DNA of 33,444 nucleotides from an uncultured Bacilli bacterium (GTDB lineage Bacteria > Bacillota_I > Bacilli_A > RF39 > UBA660): assembly GCA_944350145.1 (NCBI GenBank), contig CALVOC010000003.1, positions 1 to 33,444 of the forward strand. The letters are read 5' to 3'. The notes below the pieces were generated by a model that did no database searches, was not told the DNA's origin, and saw nothing but the letters and a program-made list of their open reading frames with translations. Position 1 is the stretch's first letter. The number at the start of each line of letters is the position of its first letter. Of the stretch, positions 30,697-33,444 are shown piece by piece. The translations under genes were made by a program, and so were the position numbers.

Positions 30697-32040
30697 TTAC
30701 ATTTCTTCCATCGGTGTATAAGCCTTAAAGCAACTTTTATTTAATTCAAACAAAATTTGAAATAACCCGGTACTACCACGACGATGTTTAGCAATGATAA
30801 CATCAACCGGAACAATATTACTTTTATTTTCTGCAGTTTTATTTTCAAAATAATCTTGTCGATTCAAAAACAAAACCAAATCAGCATCTTGTTCGATTGA
30901 ACCAGATTCACGCAAGTCAGCAAGTCTGGGTTGATTAGACTCACGTCTTTCAGCATTACGAGATAACTGAGCAAGTGCAATAACTGGCACTTTAAGTTCC
31001 ATAGCCATCGTTTTAAAAGCACGAGAAATTTCTGAAACTTCAACCTGTCTAGACTCCACACGACCACCCGTTGTAACTAACTGTAAATAATCAATAACAA
31101 CTAAAGCTAAACCTTTTGGACTAGAAGCTAACCTTCGACATTTAGCTTTAATTTCTGGAGCCGTTACAGAAGCATCATCTTCGATATAAATATTTGTATC
31201 AGCAAGTTCACTCATTGCCTCCGTATATCGTTTCCAATCGTTATCATTAAGCATACCTGTTTTTAACTTTTCACCTTCAATTTGTCCCACTGAACTAATC
31301 ATTCGATTAACAAGTTGTTCAGCACTCATTTCCAAATTGAAAATAGCAACAGCTTTATCTGTACTCATCGCAGCATTTGTAGCAATATTTAAAGCAAAAG
31401 CAGTTTTTCCCATACCAGGACGAGCAGCTAAAATAATAAGTTCTCCCTCATGAAGTCCGGCAGTAGCCTTATCTAAATCTTTAAAACCAGTAGTTAAACC
31501 AGTAACAGCACTTTTATTTTTACTCATTCGCTCCAAATTTTCATGAGCTTCCCTTAAAGCTTCAGTAATAGGTTTAAATTCACTCGTTTTACGAGTTCTT
31601 ATAACATTTAAAAGCCTTTGCTCAGAAGAATCAAGTAAAGTTGTTAAATTTTCTTCTTCATCATACGCATCTGTTACAATATTGGTAGCTGTATCTATAA
31701 GTCTTCTTCGAGTGGCTTTATCTTTAACAATTTCTATGTAATAGTCCAAATTAGCACTGGTAGCCACTGAGTCAATTATTTCACTTAAATACTCAATTCC
31801 ACCTATAGCATTCAAATTTTTTTGCTTATCAAGTTCATTTTTTACAGTAGTAATATCAATAGGTGTATTGCTTTTATATAAAGAAACTAAAGCAGCAAAG
31901 ATTTTTTTATGAGCATCACTAAAAAACATATCTTCTGTCAAATTTTCCATAATTTTTTCCATTGCATATGGATTTAAAAAAGTTACACCTAACACACTCA
32001 TTTCAGCTTCTAAATTTTGAGGCATTACTCTTGATGCCAT
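30697..32040 (-). CDS. dnaB: Replicative DNA helicase DnaB (B. subtilis DnaC)
   Basis: PQNLEAE, AARPGMGKT, LEMS, IDYLQL, LAQLSR, DLRESGSIEQDAD. Confidence 0.97.
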   Translation of the reverse strand: MASRVMPQNLEAEMSVLGVTFLNPYAMEKIMENLTEDMFFSDAHKKIFAALVSLYKSNTPIDITTVKNELDKQKNLNAIGGIEYLSEIIDSVATSANLDYYIEIVKDKATRRRLIDTATNIVTDAYDEEENLTTLLDSSEQRLLNVIRTRKTSEFKPITEALREAHENLERMSKNKSAVTGLTTGFKDLDKATAGLHEGELIILAARPGMGKTAFALNIATNAAMSTDKAVAIFNLEMSAEQLVNRMISSVGQIEGEKLKTGMLNDNDWKRYTEAMSELADTNIYIEDDASVTAPEIKAKCRRLASSPKGLALVVIDYLQLVTTGGRVESRQVEVSEISRAFKTMAMELKVPVIALAQLSRNAERRESNQPRLADLRESGSIEQDADLVLFLNRQDYFENKTAENKSNIVPVDVIIAKHRRGSTGLFQILFELNKSCFKAYTPMEEM

Positions 32041-32049
32041 ACTTATCAC

Positions 32050-32490
32050 CTACTTTTTTAAGACAATCTTAATTTTAAAAATAACTCTTTTATGAAGTTC
32101 AACTGTAACTTCATGAGTTCCTAAAGAATCAAGAGGATGATCCACTTTGATACATTTCTTATCGATAGAATATCCCATTTTTTTCAATTCATCACTAATT
32201 TGTTTTGTGGAAACAACTCCAAAAACACGATCCTCTTTTCCCGTTTTCACATGAAAAACAATTTGCTTTTTTTCTAATTCTTTTTGAATATTTTGAAATT
32301 CCTTAACACGATCTTCCTCTTCTAAATGTCTTTCTAATAAAGAACGATCTAAAACTTCTTTACTTTTTTTAGTTTCTAAAACAGCTAAACCATTTTTAAT
32401 TAAATAATTTGTAGCATATCCATCACTAACATTAATAATATCGTCTTTTTTTCCTTGACCTTTTACATCTTTTAATAAAATAACTTTCAT
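32050..32490 (-). CDS. rplI: 50S ribosomal protein L9
   Basis: [26 protein letters not shown]; upstream of dnaB. Confidence 0.96.
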   Translation of the reverse strand: MKVILLKDVKGQGKKDDIINVSDGYATNYLIKNGLAVLETKKSKEVLDRSLLERHLEEEDRVKEFQNIQKELEKKQIVFHVKTGKEDRVFGVVSTKQISDELKKMGYSIDKKCIKVDHPLDSLGTHEVTVELHKRVIFKIKIVLKK

Positions 32491-32518
32491 CCACCAAAGC
32501 CTCCTTAGAAACGTCCTT

Positions 32519-32596
32519 ATTATATATAATTTTTTTCAAAAAAACAATGGACCTCTTCTAAAGTATAACAAAAAAAGATACTTTTTAACAAGTATC
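32519..32596 (-). promoter_or_regulatory. rpsR terminator plus two tandem sigma-A promoter candidates for rplI-dnaB
   Basis: GATACTT-N6-AAGTATC hairpin 32577-32596; TGTTATACT 32562-32570; TTGTTT-17-TATAAT 32519-32547. Confidence 0.55.
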
Positions 32597-32812
32597 CTAT
32601 TTAACATATGGAATTAAAGCCATAAATCTTGCATATTTAATTTGTTGAGCAATATGTCTTTGATGTTTTGCACAAGCACCAGTCATACGTCTTGGTAAAA
32701 TTTTACCTTTTTCACTAATGTATTTATTAATAATCATAACATCTTTATAATCAACACTTTTACCGGCACACATTTGACATATTTTTTTCTTTTTTCTTCT
32801 AAATTCAGCCAT
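32597..32812 (-). CDS. rpsR: 30S ribosomal protein S18 (Zn-binding form)
   Basis: CQMC..VDYKD..SEKGKILPRR.TG.CAKHQR. Confidence 0.97.
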   Translation of the reverse strand: MAEFRRKKKKICQMCAGKSVDYKDVMIINKYISEKGKILPRRMTGACAKHQRHIAQQIKYARFMALIPYVK

Positions 32813-32831
32813 CTTTTATAAATCTCCTTTC

Positions 32832-33311
32832 CTAGAACGGTAGATCATCGTCAGATAAAGCAATTTCTTCACCAAAATCTTTAAATGGATCTTCACTTAC
32901 ATCTGCAGTTGGCATATTTTGACTTTCCTCATAACTAGGCATTGGTTGAACAAAGCTTGCAGCATCATAATTTGAAGCATCACTTATAGAAGCATTTCTA
33001 GAGCCCAAGAACGTAACATTATCCGCGACAATATCTGTTGTATAATGCTTCTGACCATCGGCACCATCATAGCTTCCAGTTTGAATTCTACCTTCAACTG
33101 CAACTTGTGAACCTTTGGTACAATACTTAGCAATATTTTCAGCTTGTCTACGCCAAGCAACACACCCAATAAAATCTGTTTGAGGTTGTCCTCCTTGAGG
33201 ATTAAAAGGACGAGAAACAGCAACCGTAAAACGAGTTACAGAAATACCACTTCCTGTAGTACGCATTTCTGGATCTCTAGCCAATCTACCAATCAATATA
33301 ACTTTATTCAT
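32832..33311 (-). CDS. ssb: Single-stranded DNA-binding protein
   Basis: MNKVILIGRL OB fold and acidic DDDLPF tail. Confidence 0.97.
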   Translation of the reverse strand: MNKVILIGRLARDPEMRTTGSGISVTRFTVAVSRPFNPQGGQPQTDFIGCVAWRRQAENIAKYCTKGSQVAVEGRIQTGSYDGADGQKHYTTDIVADNVTFLGSRNASISDASNYDAASFVQPMPSYEESQNMPTADVSEDPFKDFGEEIALSDDDLPF

Positions 33312-33314
33312 TTT

Positions 33315-33444
33315 TTACTCCTCTTCTTGACGAATGATTAAATGTCTTAAAACATTTTCATCCAAACGAATCTTACGATCAAATTCTTGAATTATTTCTT
33401 TGTTAGCTTCAACTTGCATTACAAAATAATATCCATTTAATTCT
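33315..33444 (-). CDS. rpsF: 30S ribosomal protein S6, 3' part (truncated by window edge)
   Basis: Manual translation ELNGYYFVMQVEANKEIIQEFDRKIRLDENVLRHLIIRQEEE*; canonical rpsF-ssb-rpsR order. Confidence 0.92.
   Translation of the reverse strand, partial: ELNGYYFVMQVEANKEIIQEFDRKIRLDENVLRHLIIRQEEE

Noticed and set aside
32243-32258. parS-like palindrome GTTTTCACATGAAAAA in rplI
   Set aside because: Only about 12/16 match, with mismatches at conserved positions.

Overview
Low-GC (roughly 30% by eye), densely packed chromosomal segment of a reduced-genome, apparently spore-forming member of the Bacilli. An RF39-like uncultured gut lineage is my best guess, inferred from gene content only. 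It uses the standard code (TGA = stop). About 35 CDSs, nearly all on the minus strand. From the right: rpsF(partial)-ssb-rpsR-rplI-dnaB, an ORFan, a LysM-G5-M23 peptidase coupled to walJ-rlmH-ung, a P-type ATPase, lemA, an MBL hydrolase, gerQ, yitT-ftsE-ftsX followed by two paralogous coiled-coil/M23 endopeptidases, whiA, clpP, a ThrRS-N/uridine-kinase fusion, a broken-up glycolytic cluster (gap, pgk, degenerate tpi, gpmI) with spo0A inside it, pcrA-ORFan-nucleotidyltransferase-ligA, a disrupted ORF and trmB. No rRNA, tRNA, CRISPR or intact mobile element was seen. Most notable: (1) spo0A sits behind a pgk and a tpi whose phosphate-binding motifs are altered, with 10-bp-phased Spo0A-box-like motifs in the tpi 3' end. 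(2) FtsEX has twin, catalytically intact, Cys-paired M23 hydrolases. (3) walRKHI is missing from its usual locus. (4) A frameshifted Rpn-like relic lies next to spo0A. (5) Terminator-promoter chimeras recur across the window.
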